The notes below the pieces were generated by a model that did not search any database, was not told the DNA's origin, and saw only the letters and a list, made by a program, of their open reading frames with translations. DNA of 64,000 bases, from the NCBI GenBank assembly GCA_965112155.1, contig OZ218102.1, one strand, 5' to 3'. The stretch's first letter is position 1. The number at the start of each line of letters is the position of its first letter. The position numbers were made by a program, and so were the translations under genes. Of this stretch, positions 26,632 through 39,453 are shown in pieces. The DNA is from Podarcis liolepis (taxonomy: Eukaryota).

Positions 26632-27390
26632 GTATGCAACATTATTGGGATTCAGTTTCCCAAGTGCTTGTTCATTTACAATTTATCTACTTGGCTTCCT
26701 TAGGTTGTTACTCTGTAGCTGTGAATGCACCCTTATTTCTAGACTAGTTTGTGTACTTAATTGTTTATGCTCTTCTTTACATTCTTGCAAAGTTTATCCA
26801 AAAAAGCCACGTTTATACAATGAAATAAAAAGCAATTCAGAGCTGCAACAAATGCAAGAAAAAACAAATAATTGGCTTCCTGCCCTAAATAGACCTCTAG
26901 TTCTTGGATATGTTGCAATCCCCTTTATAAAGCTGAAGTAATTTGCAAGGGGCGCTTCAAGTTGCCGTGGTTGAAAGTTAAAAGTTTTTATGGATTGATA
27001 GAGGTAAGGGAACCAAATCATTGCATGTGGAGAACAACTTCTGCAAGTGCAACAAAACTTCTCTCCCCTGTGCTGCCCAAAATCTGCTCCAGGGGTTCCC
27101 CACTTGTGAAAGTCATTAGATAGAAGAACTTTTTAAAGGTGAAAAGCAGCTGAGTAGATATGTGAATGATTGTGCTGTTAGTGTTTCTAAAATTGTGCAA
27201 TGTTATTCAAACCATGACATGTGGGCTTGATGTTTGAAGGAGAGGGGAATTTCCTTATTTTTCACACAAGCACCCCAAGTAGAATAATATTCTGCATGCT
27301 AAAACATAAATATCACCTTTGCTAAAGTTGCTTCACTAACAAAGAAGTGATGCTTTATTATTCTCCCCCCCCCCCCGTTTTTCTGGCTAG

Positions 27391-27715
27391 GTTTGTACAT
27401 TAACAAAAGAAGATAACCGCATGGTTGGGGTGATACCCAATGATGAGCAGCTGCATGTGCTGCCCCTTTACAAAATCTCACAAACAGATGAATTTGGCAC
27501 AGAGGAGGGTCTGGAAGCCAAGATAAAAGCTGGGGCAATCCAGGTGCTTACTGCTTTCCCACGAGAAGTAAGAATGCTAGCAGAGCCACGTAGAGCGACG
27601 AAAAAGAAGAAAGCAGACTCAAAGAAGCAAACCTTAGCAGAGAAGAAGCTGTCTACTCCTGCAAAGGGAAAAAACAGAGTGCAGGAAAATACCAATAAAG
27701 CTTCAAAAAGTTTAG
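27391..27715 (+). CDS. TET1: TET1 exon (DSBH and start of low-complexity insert), 325 nt
   Basis: ggctag|GTT..TTA G|gtagg; encodes [31 protein letters not shown]. Confidence 0.95.
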
Positions 27716-28149
27716 GTAGGTACAATAAACCTTGTTTCAAAAGTTACCTGATACTAGCAGAAATCTTGTTTATCAAAGGTAGGGCTGACTCTCAGAATCT
27801 GAAATCAACAATCAAGCTCTCAGTGTGTCTAATAAGTTAGGTATTGAGGGTGGGATGAAGCAAAATGTTAGCGCAATCAGAATCTCAAGCGTACATGGCA
27901 AGGTTGAGGTGCTATGTGGGTAAGTTGTTCTCAGATCCAGGAATTAGGGAGACGACCTGTTCTGGGTGGAGGAACAGGTGTCTAAAGGAACAGGTGTGCA
28001 GCTTGAGCAGTTCTTCTCGATTCAAAGCTGTTGTTAGAGGCCCAAGTGGCTTCAGAGGTGAGGAGTGCCTGTGCCCAGCTATGGCTGGTTTGCCAGCCAT
28101 GGATGTTCCTGGATCAGCGACAGGCTGACATCAGTAATTCGTATTCTGA

Positions 28150-28770
28150 CAGTCTCACAATTCTAAAGTTGCAACACCCTTTGCATGGGCTACCTTTGAA
28201 GATGGTCCAAAAGCTACAGCTGGTGCAGAATGCAGCTGGTAGATTGTTAAGTGGGGCACCAAGGTAGGATCACATGTAATTGATCCCTAAAGCACTGCCC
28301 AGCTTGCCTGTGAACTCCTGGGTCCAATTCAAGGTGCTGGTACTGACATACAAAACCCTGAATGGCTTCAAGGCCCCGTATTTAAAGGAGTTCTTCTCCC
28401 AATACCTTGCAGACCCATGATTTGAGACAGTTGAGGGAGGCCTTGCTCACTGTCCTGCCAACAATATGGCATCTTGTGAGGTAACACAAGGCAGGGGCTT
28501 CTAGATACTGCAATTGTGCATTTCCCTGCCTGTAAAAGTGTGTCTGACACCTGCATTGGCAACTTTAGGTGTCAACCGAAGACACCTTCATCTGAACTTC
28601 GGGGGCACAAATGGAATCTGGAGTCCAACAGTTTCAGTATCACCTGTTGCGCTACATTTTTTTTAGTATTAAAATGTAATTTTAGAAGTTTTGTTTTTTG
28701 TGGTGGTTGTATTTTAAAATTTTGTGAATCACCTTGGACGCCTACAGGAGGAAGGTTTCTATTAATGTTT
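28150..28770 (+). mobile_element. L2 ORF2 3' fragment
   Basis: Encodes GLPLKMVQKLQLVQNAAGRLLSG, then QFKVLVLTYKTLNG. Confidence 0.8.
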
Positions 28771-29297
28771 TATTTTTATTTCTATATTGGTAAGTTGCTG
28801 AAGGCACTCAGCAGAAGATGACCAATGTTGACTCTGTTAATTTCTTATCCTGAAAAAGTACTGCATTTAGGTTGGGTAGAGCTACTAATAGTAAATTTTC
28901 ACATGATATTTAGAGAATGTATACCTGTTGTGCATGTGAGCTGTGTCTGCTGGAGTTTGCAAGCCACTTCATCAGCTGAAATTTTAAAATTTCAGCCACT
29001 TCAGTAGGAAGTCCTTTTTAGTCAAAGGCAGGGTACTTTAGCACGTTTTGGATTCCCATATCTAACCAGTCTTCACATTTCCCCCACCCCTCCCAAAGAC
29101 ACACATGTGCTATTTCCAGCTCAGCTCTGACTGCTAAAACTCTTGCCCAGGATACAGCTGCCTCTTCTCTGCTGGAAACGATAAGCCTCCATTGAAGGGA
29201 AATTCATATTCTCACAATTAAGTTTGCTTTTTTTATTGACCAGCTACAGAAAAATGTACAGCTTTATATTTAAAACATTTTGTTCTTTTCTCCTTAG

Positions 29298-30427
29298 GGA
29301 GCAAAGCTAATTCATTGCAACCTGGGACAAAAATGGAGAGTGGTGATCACCTTTCTACAATAAAACACAATTCAGACACTACTAAAAATTGCTCTGTACT
29401 AAAGCAATATGCTCCTTCCTCCCCTTTAAAGCTGGATAGTTTACATTCTTGCTCTCCATTAACTCACAAAGCTGGTGGTATAATGCCAGTGAGTAATAAT
29501 CAACAAGATTTTTCAACTCCCTACGGGTATTTGCAATGCAGTAGTAAGAAACCTCATGTGACACCCAAAGGTAAGATCTTTGATGTGTCCATCAGCGATC
29601 ATACTGGAATTTTGCTGGATGAGAAGAGGAATGGGGTGCCCCCATTTCTTCAAGACCTTACTGTTTCAGAATCCACAGCCTTCAGAGATACCTTGCCCCA
29701 CACACTTGAACAAGGAGTAGTCAGCAAGCAAAATTGTGAAATAAAGTTAGAAAACTCTCCTGCCTCACAGTTGGCTAGCTCTTGTGATTCCTCAGTGCCG
29801 TTAAATTCTCCAGAAGATATAGTCAGAAATGAAATTGGTTCTTCCCAGGAGTGTCCAATGCAAAAAGGTGGTTTCAAGAACCCAAATTGCGATTCTGCCA
29901 CTGAGGATACACACCCAAGTTGCGAGCTCTTAAAGCGCACAGAGTCCGAAGAAAAAGCAGAGGAAATGTGGTCCGACAGTGAGCATAATTTTTTGGATAA
30001 TGACATAGGTGGGGTAGCTGTAGCACCATCACACGGCTCCATCTTAATTGAATGTGCACGCCGTGAGCTACACGCCACAACTCCGATTAAAAAGCCGAAC
30101 CGGAATCATCCCACACGGATATCGTTAGTCTTCTACCAACACAAAAACTTAAATGAGCCAAAACATGGGATAGCGCTGTGGGAGGCAAAGATGGCCGAGA
30201 GAGCAAAGGAGAAAGCAGCGGAAAAATCAAGCACTGAAAATACCAATGTACAACCCAATGACAGGAATGTGCACCAGGCCAGTGCCACGAGAGAGATTTT
30301 CTATGAAGACAATGAATTCAACCAAATTCCATCGCGCCGAGCATTAACAGTAACTCATGATAACATCATAACGGTGTCTACTTATGCCCTCACTCGAGTT
30401 GCCGGGCCGTATAACCATTGGGCATAA
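29298..30427 (+). CDS. TET1: TET1 terminal coding exon
   Basis: ccttag|GG AGC; encodes [49 protein letters not shown] (distal Fe His, 2-OG Arg) and ends VAGPYNHWA*. Position upstream of CCAR1 supports TET1 over TET2/TET3. Confidence 0.97.
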
Positions 30428-32364
30428 GTTTTTATAGCAACTGTACAACCTTGCCTTGGGAGCAGTGTTACACAATAATCCCTAAAGGTGCTGTTAAAGA
30501 ACAAAGTCTTGTATGGTTTACTCTTTGTTCATCTCAACCATTTTGAAGGCTGAGGTAAAAAAAATGATTTTTTTCCTTAAACTGTGACTTTATATATTTT
30601 AACATCTGGTGATTTTCAAGCACATTTTAAGCAAAAAAATATATATATGTATAGTTAAATGATTTTGGCTAGGTTATTAATCCTGATTGAATTATTCAGT
30701 TTATTACCTTTTGGAATTTATACTTTGGTGCTTTGAATTGTCTGTTTACTACAAATGGGCTTTTTATAAAGATTTTAACATACTTCAACTTTTATGATGT
30801 AAAATCAATTTAGACAGTATTAGCTATACACAGCTCTTGGTGCTCAATCACAAGAAACAGTTAAAGATAAGCTGATTTTTTTTTTCCTTCATGGTGCCAT
30901 TGCTCCGACAGCTTCCAGTCGTTGCTGTGAAGCCCAAGTTAAGGATAACAAACCAATGATGATTTATCTTTGTGCAGATCTTTCATGTCTGTATAGGTTT
31001 GTGTGTGCACGTGTATGGTCCACACACATCCACACACAAACAGTATCACTAGTGATGGTTGGAGGTTGTAACCTGTAAATATATATATTTAAAAGCACTT
31101 TCTATTTTTAAAGTTAACTTGAAATAGTATAAGGATCACATTTGTCTAAGGTTTCTACATTCTCTACCAAGAAATCGTTATTTTTCTTACTGTGTAGAGT
31201 TCCATACTGCTACAACAACAGTACACATATACACATATACTAAGAATATTTGGTTTTTAGACTCTTCCCTCACCCCACCTTTTTCCCTTGAAATTTTTGG
31301 TTTGTTTCAGTTAATAAAACAGAGAGTTCAGATTTGCAAATATGAGCTTAAGGATCATTTTGTCTATACCTGTATTGCTACGGTGTTTTGTTGTCAGAAT
31401 TGATTTGCTGTAGTTTGTTTCAGCAATAAGTGCATGTGTGTCTTTCATGCAGAGCATTGCAAGCTACACGTGACAACCAAATGTTCCTAGAGTCTTGGGG
31501 GTAGAACTGTTAATTGCATCAGCAACTGCCCTCCTAAAGTTGCCTTATTAACATTCTGGAAAGTAGGACTCTAAAATATTTACAAGAGAAATTTGCGGTA
31601 TTGGCTGTTTTATAGTATATTTGAGTTCATTAAATCTTCCAGAATGTTCACCAGCTGTTAGCTGTCAACACATGAAGGGTTTTATAAACATTCAGTCCAA
31701 CCCAGTGTGTGATTACTGAGAACTTAAGTCTACTTTGTCATTGGGTTTTTCTCCCAGGTAGAAAATTGTAGGATCACAGGCTCATTCTAATTTCCACACA
31801 GACTTTGCACAAAAGAGGAACCCATAGCATGCCAAAAGTCGCACGTTCAATCCCTGGCATCTCCAGCCAAAAACAAGGTCTCAAGTAGGCAGAAGTTTGT
31901 ATTGTGCTATGTCTCCATTTTGGGGCCCAGCTGCATTATAACTTTTGTTGAGACGCAATTGCAGTGACACAAAACAGAAATATGATCTTGCCTCAACCAA
32001 AAACAAAACTAGAGAAAAGTGCACAGAAATAATTTTAAATCTCAGTTAACTTGATGTGCAAACTAAAACAAAATATTATTGATAGTCAACAGACAGTAGA
32101 TAACACTGATAAATCTGACAACATGGTGTGGGGAGGGTATCCAAGACTTAAATGTGTGACAGTCTCAAAAAGTTTTCCTTCTGTAAGAAATTATACAAAA
32201 TATAAAAGCAAAGCCACACCAGCAGAATGTAAAAAACCTCAAACTAGTTCTGGTTGTCACAACTCAAACAGCAGCTGTAAGAGGGCAACTCCTTTATGAG
32301 GGAAGGTTACAACACTTCCAAGTTTTTGAGTTACGGAAAAAGGTGATAAAGAGGACAATATGAT

Positions 32365-32801
32365 GTTGTTGTTTAGTCGTTTAGTCGTGTCCGACTCTTC
32401 GTGACCCCATGGACCAGAGCACGCCAGGCACTCCTGTCTTCCACTGCCTCCCGCAGTTTGGTCAGACTCATGTTTGTAGCTTCGAGAACGCTGTCCAACC
32501 ATCTCGTCCTCTGTCGTCCCCTTCTCCTTGTGCCCTCCATCTTTCCCAACATCAGGGTCTTTTCCAGGGAGTCTTCTCTTCTCATGAGGTGGCCAAAGTA
32601 TTGGAGCCTCAGCTTCAGGATCTGTCCTTCCAGTGAGCACTCAGGGCTGATTTCCTTAAAAATGGATAGGTTTGATCTTTTTGCAGTCCATGGGACTCTA
32701 TAAAGAGTCTCCTCCAGCACCATAATTCAAAAGCATCAATTCTTCGGCGATCAGCCTTCCTTATGGTCCAGCTCTCACTTCCATACATCACCACTGGTAA
32801 A
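32365..32801 (-). mobile_element. BovB (RTE-clade) LINE, 5'-truncated
   Basis: Encodes YGSESWTIRKADRRRIDAFELWCWRR and LEGQILKLRLQYFGHLMRREDSLEKTLMLGK; (CAA)n tail; 11-bp TSD GACAATATGAT (32354-32364 and 32802-32812). Confidence 0.93.
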
Positions 32802-32857
32802 GACAATATGATAGAGGTGCATATAAATTCACACATCTGTCATGCCCCCCTCCCCTC

Positions 32858-33162
32858 TTATACACAGTGCATAGTTAAATTATGGGATCTGATGTCATAA
32901 GATGTAATGATGACCACCAGCTTGGATGGCTTTGAAAGGAGATTGGACAAGTTCATAGTGCATAAGGCTCTGTGGCTGCTAGGCTTGATGGCTGTGTACT
33001 CCCTTTGCTGCCAGAGGAAGGATGTCTCTGAATTCTGTTACTGGGGAGCACAAGTGGGGAGAGTGTTTTTGAACTTTAGCTCTGCTTGGGGGCCGATCAC
33101 TGTGAGAACAGGATGCTGGACTAGATAGACCTTTGGTCTAACCCAGCAGGGCTCTTCTTAAA
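32858..33162 (+). mobile_element. CR1 LINE 3' end
   Basis: Encodes SLDGFERRLDKF (ORF2 end); tail GGATGCTGGACTAGATAGACCTTTGGTCTAACCCAGCAGGGC. Confidence 0.8.
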
Positions 33163-36100
33163 TTATTGCATTGTTTGTGTTACCAGTTGTTCAGGAGGAG
33201 CCATCATGATACATACCTGGATGCCAGCTCATTCTATCCATGTATTGAAAATATTAGTAAAAAAGAGAATAATCACATACAGAACCTGTTCTGTATACAC
33301 CACATTTAAAATGTTTCTCATGCGCTATAGGGTAGGGGTGGCTAAGCACACCAGTTCAAGGGCCTGATTCAGTCCACCATGCAAGTTCCCACCTATTTTG
33401 GCAGCAGGAAAAGAAAAGACAGTGTTGAAGTGCCCAGGAGGTGGACTGTCTGCCTCTGTGTGTGCATGCACGCACATGTGCATTTATGCATGCAAGCAAG
33501 GGGGGCGTGACACTCATGGCTGGCTTGAGGATTCAAAGGGATGGCTGAAGTGAATGTAACCCAAAATAAAATAAAATAAAATAAAATTCAGCCACCCCTG
33601 CTAAAGTGTATATAATACCCAAATAAGGTCCAGAAAAGTAAATCCAAATACACTGCCAGGCAAACACGTAACAAATCTCTTCCCAGTTGGGCTGGAACTC
33701 CCTAGATAGGACAGTTTTCATGTGTATGCATGTGGTTCCTCCTTAGCAACAACTGGTACCACAAACATTGCAAGAATTCAAACCCTTTAGTTTCTGGTTT
33801 TATAATAGTTTGCTGGTATGGCTTTGTTTTTATATTGTTGTACATTGTCCTGCTAAAAAATCTTCTGAAGTTAAAATGCACTTTGGTCTTTAACGCATGA
33901 ACACACTCTCACTCTCACTCGTTACATTATGAGGTTATCAGTGCTATCTACAGTCTTTTGACTTGATAAGTTTTTTGGTTTAGGTTGCATATGTAGTTCA
34001 AACTACACATTAGGTCTGTACACTCCCCCCCCCTTTTCAGTTTCTTATTCATCCAGCACGATTGCAGTGTGACAAATAAAGTCTGCTTTGTATGCTCTCT
34101 TAAGGCCATGTACGTTCCCAAACATTATAGATGCAGGTACAATTTCAGCCACACACAGGAACTGTGAACGCTTGGTCCTACAGGGCAACTTCCCATTTGT
34201 AAAGCTTATGCCAGAGCTTACTGATTTCATCCTTGAAGCATGGTTGCTGAACTGATTGGTTTGCTTAAGAGCCTTGAATAGGCATAAACCTGCTACAAAG
34301 CTTTCACGTTAGAAGCAATCTTGGCAAATATCTGAAATCTCTTAGATAGTAATGGCCCACACTGCTCTTCTAGTAGCTCTGACAAGGAGCAAAGCTGGAA
34401 AAAAACCTTCACATTTCTAGCAACTAGTTTCAGATTTTTAGGTGACCAGATTTTTAGTCCTGGAAGAAGGACATTCAGATTCCTAGGAAGCAGCATCTAA
34501 TTTCTGGTGACTAGATGCCAGGGATTTCATTAACTGTTGGGAATGCCCAGACACAGGGGTTACTAACAGGTCAAATAGATGGGTGCCACAGGGCACTGAA
34601 TGTTCTCAGAACAACTGATGGTGCAGTACTGATGAAGGAATGCAGATGGGACTGATCGCACCTACTTGAATAGCAAACCTATGTAAAAACAGGTTACAGC
34701 CCATACATAGATTGTGTGAATTGCACCTTAGAAATGATTTACCTTTTCATGACAATGCATCGTAAATTAAACATTAGGTGTGATAGACACTCCAGATCTG
34801 GAACACTATAGCATCCAACTCCTTTTCTCTATTCCCCCCTTTAATTTTAGTTCAATTGACTAAGCCAACCACAATCAAAATATCAGCCTTGATAAGGATC
34901 ATGCTTATCAAGGATCAGCAGTTTACATTTTAGAGATGGGGAATTTTTTTGGTATGGACCTGTCAGCTCAAATCAGTGGGCTCTGAATTATCATGTTTTG
35001 TATGAGCAATGGTTGCAGGCCATAAGGGTAAGCTTTTTGGTTACACTTGTGATTCTCCACCGTGTACATAAATTCCACAGGTCTAACCAGAGCTTGAAGT
35101 TTTACTGATAACATACTTGATATTGTAGTGGTGCTGTAACAAATAATGTCTAGATCCTCTAGACATGGTGCTTTTGTTTTTTTAAAATGTCTACCATGGT
35201 TGTGTGTACAATCTGAAAATCTTTTTGGTTTGGAAAAAAATACATATATGTGAATTCTTCAGTTTACCCTTAGTTGCCTATGATTTTGGTCGTACAGAAA
35301 TGTAAACGTGGAATTCATCCCAATTATATCACTGCAGCTACTTTTTAAAATGTTAGATGTGTATGCCAATCCAGGGATTAAAGAGCATTGGAAGAGAACT
35401 GAAATTCCCTCTCCTGCACTCATGGGGCTCCTCCATTTCTCCATCTTTCAGATTATCATCACTCTCAATAGTCGAGAGAACTTGTTAGGCAAAGTGGGGA
35501 GCAAGAACAGAGTGTTTGGACAACATCTGGCTCCTGCTTCTCACACATACACCAATGTGATTGGTGTTATATTAGTGATTAAAACTGTTGTCAAGTTATC
35601 CAGATCTGGTACAGCAGCACTATGTATAAAATGGGTGCTAGATGCAGGGGCCCCTTTCTCCTCTGCCCGGTTAACAACTGGTGTCCTTAAAATCAGTGGT
35701 AATTTAGCAAACAGCAAGTCCCATTGATTTCTGTGGGGCCCAAGTAAGCCGAACTTGTTCAGAGTTGTGGCTCTAATCTATGATCCTGCAAACCCTGGAG
35801 GGGTTTTATGAACATATCTGAGAGTGTGCCAGCATGATTGCATTTTAGATTATATCCCCATACCTACCACTCAGCAATGTTGGTCACATGGCAATGCCAT
35901 TCAGACCATTTCCCCAATCTTTACGCCCATTGAATCAGCTGGAATTATAACATTCTTATAAAGTGTATAAGAAGAGCGAGATTTCAACCCAGTCATTCTA
36001 TTTTTAAAGCAAACAAACTTTGTAAAAAGAAAAAAAAAAACACCCATATGCTGCATTTTTGTTAGTTCAAAGATTATGATTAGTTCAAACAGAAGAAATG

Positions 36101-36406
36101 TAGGGATTGTAAATAATCTAAAGTCAATATTATACCATCATTTTGTACCAGCAGTTTTCTGCTTCTTGAATATCTATAAACATTAAATTGTTATGGTATT
36201 TTTGTGTGCCTTAGATTTGCATTTTGAAATCTGTATATTTTTTGTGAGCCTAAAAGTTATTAAAAATAACAGCTGTTTATACAGTAAATAGGGTTGTGAA
36301 TTCCTCCAGCTACTCATCTGTGCAAGGCTGGGGTTTTTTTAGTATCGCTGTCTATACAATCTTTCTGCAAAAAGGACTTTCCTGAAAGGGTTACCAGCTG
36401 CTTATA

Positions 36407-36586
36407 TAGTCATACCTCGTGTGTGACTTTCAGGTTTCGCCGCTCACGCATGTGCAGACACACAAAATGATGTCACGCGCATGCGCAGACGCGTCGAATC
36501 GTGGCATGTGCAGACGCGGATTGCGTTCTGCTCATGTTGCGAAGGAACTCCGGAACGGATCCCGTTCACAACCAGAGGTATCACTG
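36407..36586. mobile_element. Tc1/mariner MITE, CpG-rich
   Basis: TIRs TAGTCATACCTC / GAGGTATCACTG, TA flanks. Confidence 0.75.
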
Positions 36587-36849
36587 TATAGGGAACTTTA
36601 ATGTCACTCTGCCACAGTTTTACCCAGTTCAGAAATTTAAAGAAAACCCAGCTTACAATGCTACTATAGCAAGAACATCTTTGTTCTTGTAAATTTTGCT
36701 GTGTAAAATTTGCAGTGTACACATTACTACAGATACATTGATGAATGAATTTCCCTGTGATTCTTGGTAAACACTATACCACACACACGCTTTAAGTAAA
36801 GTTAGATGGTTTAACTAATAAACAGCACCAAAAGCTTAAGATCAGGATA

Positions 36850-37206
36850 AAAGGTAAAGGTAAAGGACCCCTGACAGTTAAGTCCAGTCGCAAACGACTC
36901 TGGGGTTGTGGCGCTCATCTCGCTTTACTGGCTGAGGGAGCTGACGTTTGTCCACAGACAGTTTTTCCAGGTCATGTGGCCAGCATGACTAAGCCGCTTC
37001 TGGTGAAACCAGAGCGGCAAACGGAAATGCCATTTACCTTCCCGCCGGAGCGGTACCTATTTATCTATTTGCACTTTGACGTGCTTTTGAACTGCTAGGT
37101 TGGCAGGAGCTGGGACCAAGCAATGGGAGCTCACTCCGTCGCACCGACCTTCCGATCAGCAAGCCCTAGGCTCAGTGGTTTTAGACCACGGTGCCACCTG
37201 CGTTCC
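36850..37206 (-). mobile_element. Full-length Sauria SINE
   Basis: Reverse-complement match to 14562-14907; (AAAGGT)n tail; TSD TAAGA(T/G)CAGGATA. Confidence 0.92.
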
Positions 37207-39258
37207 TAAGAGCAGGATAGACCCATCCAATTAGGATATCTCTTAACATCTCTGGTGAACTGCATAGTTTTGACATGGCTACTAGTGGAAAATGTATTGT
37301 TCTATTTGGAGAAGAAAGCAGGTTTTAAAATGACAATGCTAAATAGGAAAACCATATGTATTTAAAATGTAACTTATCAACCTGATGCTAAATCCATTAC
37401 TTGGAAGTCCCACTGATTTTAATTAGTCCTGTTAATTTCATTGGGCTGTCCTTCCATATAATGAGTTTAAGATGGAAGTGCATGATCCTTTTTAGCAGCT
37501 AATAAAACTTCCTTAGATTCATCAGGTTACCAAAACATTTAAAATATATTATTGAAATTAAGAAATAAAAGTGTTTAATCTGATTTCAGTGGTATATTTT
37601 AATTATTTTTGAATAAATTTATGAAATACTCTTGCTTATTACTGTTACACATAGATACAATGTAGCCAACTACATTTTTATAATATCTGATTTAACTGCA
37701 GTTTTAATAGCAGATGGTATCAACCATGTATGCGGTGTGCAAATTGGCAACTACTTACTGTATATACAGCTGTGTGCTATTTATTGTAGCATTTCAGAAT
37801 ATTTATCATTTTTACATAGAAATTGATGTAATTTTGTGAATGAGCTTATAGCTACAAAGGTTTGTAATACTATTGTCTTGTAATAGTGATTCTTTGGGGC
37901 TGTAACAAGCAGCAAAATCTTCAGACTGCTGTAGCAACACAAATCCCTTTTTAAAGCAGTTTAGTCTAAGATTCTCCCTATTGCTTTCATTGGTGACCTT
38001 CCATGCTAGCTAGTTCAGGAGCCTAGAGACAAGGAAATGAAAGGAATGGAATGGTAAAAGATGCATGTTTTCCTTGATTTGCTATAACTCCTATTGATCA
38101 AATTATCAGTGGCTTTGGCTCTGTAAAGTGCTTGAGATACATATATCACATTTTGGTCCTGTGAATTGTGGTATTTTGTTCTATTAAATTCCTAGCTCAT
38201 CCAACCAACCTCTCATTTAAAAAATGTTATTGGCAGTAAAGTAAGGTTTGTACATGGTGTATAGTTGGCTGATTTGTTAATATGGGGAGGGTCTCAGGTG
38301 CATAAATTCTGTGTGTTCTCCTTTACTAGTTCAGACTAGGAAGCTTAGAGCCTAGCTTTACCATGCTCTACAAAAACTCTGCTTGTATTATCAAGTCTCT
38401 CCATTGATTTTTTTTTGCTTTTACTGCTATCTTGCTTAAGGTTCCACAAACTGTTCTTGCTACCTTGGTGCACCCTTAAACTTCCTACTTGAAAGCATCC
38501 CTGCATCAGCAACAATCTGAATTAAAAACAGGATGCTATCTAGAACAGGATTTCTTAAAACATGAAATTCGGGACTTGCAGTTGGGTCACCTAAATGTGT
38601 AAAAAAGAGACCCACTTTCCCACATAATCATTCTTCTTTGATTTGCTACAGACAGTTACTATGAAAAGTGTTCTATGTTCCTGGAATGTTGAAGGTCAGT
38701 ACTTAGAGATCTTCTTAGCCTCCTCCCCCAAGGAAGCAGCTAACAAGGATCTTAACAGAAGCACTATATGGTGACTGACGATCCTTCAAAATCAGGCAAC
38801 TGTTGGTGGTTTTCACTAGCTGCTGTTACTTTGTGGTGTCTGGTTTTTCTACAAATTATACTGAGCTTGTGCTTGCAAAAATTAGTGTTTAAATCCCTTG
38901 AAAGTTAATGGAGTTAAGTTGCTCGTGAAATTGATTTCAGTGGGATTTAAGTGCAATCATCATTCCCTTGATTGGAGCCCATATATGTTAACTTTTCTGT
39001 ATCTGAGTGGCTCCTTGAATACCCCCATTTTTCTGTGTTACCCTCTGTATAGATCAGTACATAAAACTGTGTCTTAGCATAATATTGTAATAGCAGTGAC
39101 CTCTATATTGTTAATGATTACAGGAAGCTAATTATGATGGGTAACTGACTGGCTAAGTTGAGCTTGTTAACGTGGTCCTCCTACTTTTAAGGCATAGAGA
39201 CTTCTGTTACAATTTTATTTGAGTCCACATCAAAAATATAAGACCAGAGAGTGCCACT

Positions 39259-39453
39259 AGCCTGGTTTGTACATCACACTAAGCCCAACCCATAGCTTAA
39301 CCCAAACTCATGGGTACTAGGATAGGAGACTGCGTTTGCTGCTCCATGCCAAGCTAAATGGTGATTTGGCTTAGCAGGTTACCCAAAACTGGGCTCATGC
39401 TTTAGTTTTCTCCAGACATTTGGTCTGGCTTAATGTGATGCACAAACTAGGCT
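39259..39453. mobile_element. MITE with 27-bp TIRs
   Basis: AGCCTGGTTTGTACATCACACTAAGCC / GGCTTAATGTGATGCACAAACTAGGCT, flanked by a CACT direct repeat. Confidence 0.75.

Noticed and set aside
5989-30427. Assignment as TET2 or TET3
   Set aside because: The NKPVNG..MD..GHGE and VAIEALT.LSE motifs, the PYNHW ending and synteny with CCAR1/SNORD98 all indicate TET1.
35308-35727. 139-aa + strand ORF downstream of TET1
   Set aside because: GTG start, no domain and no convincing splice context; lies in the putative UTR.
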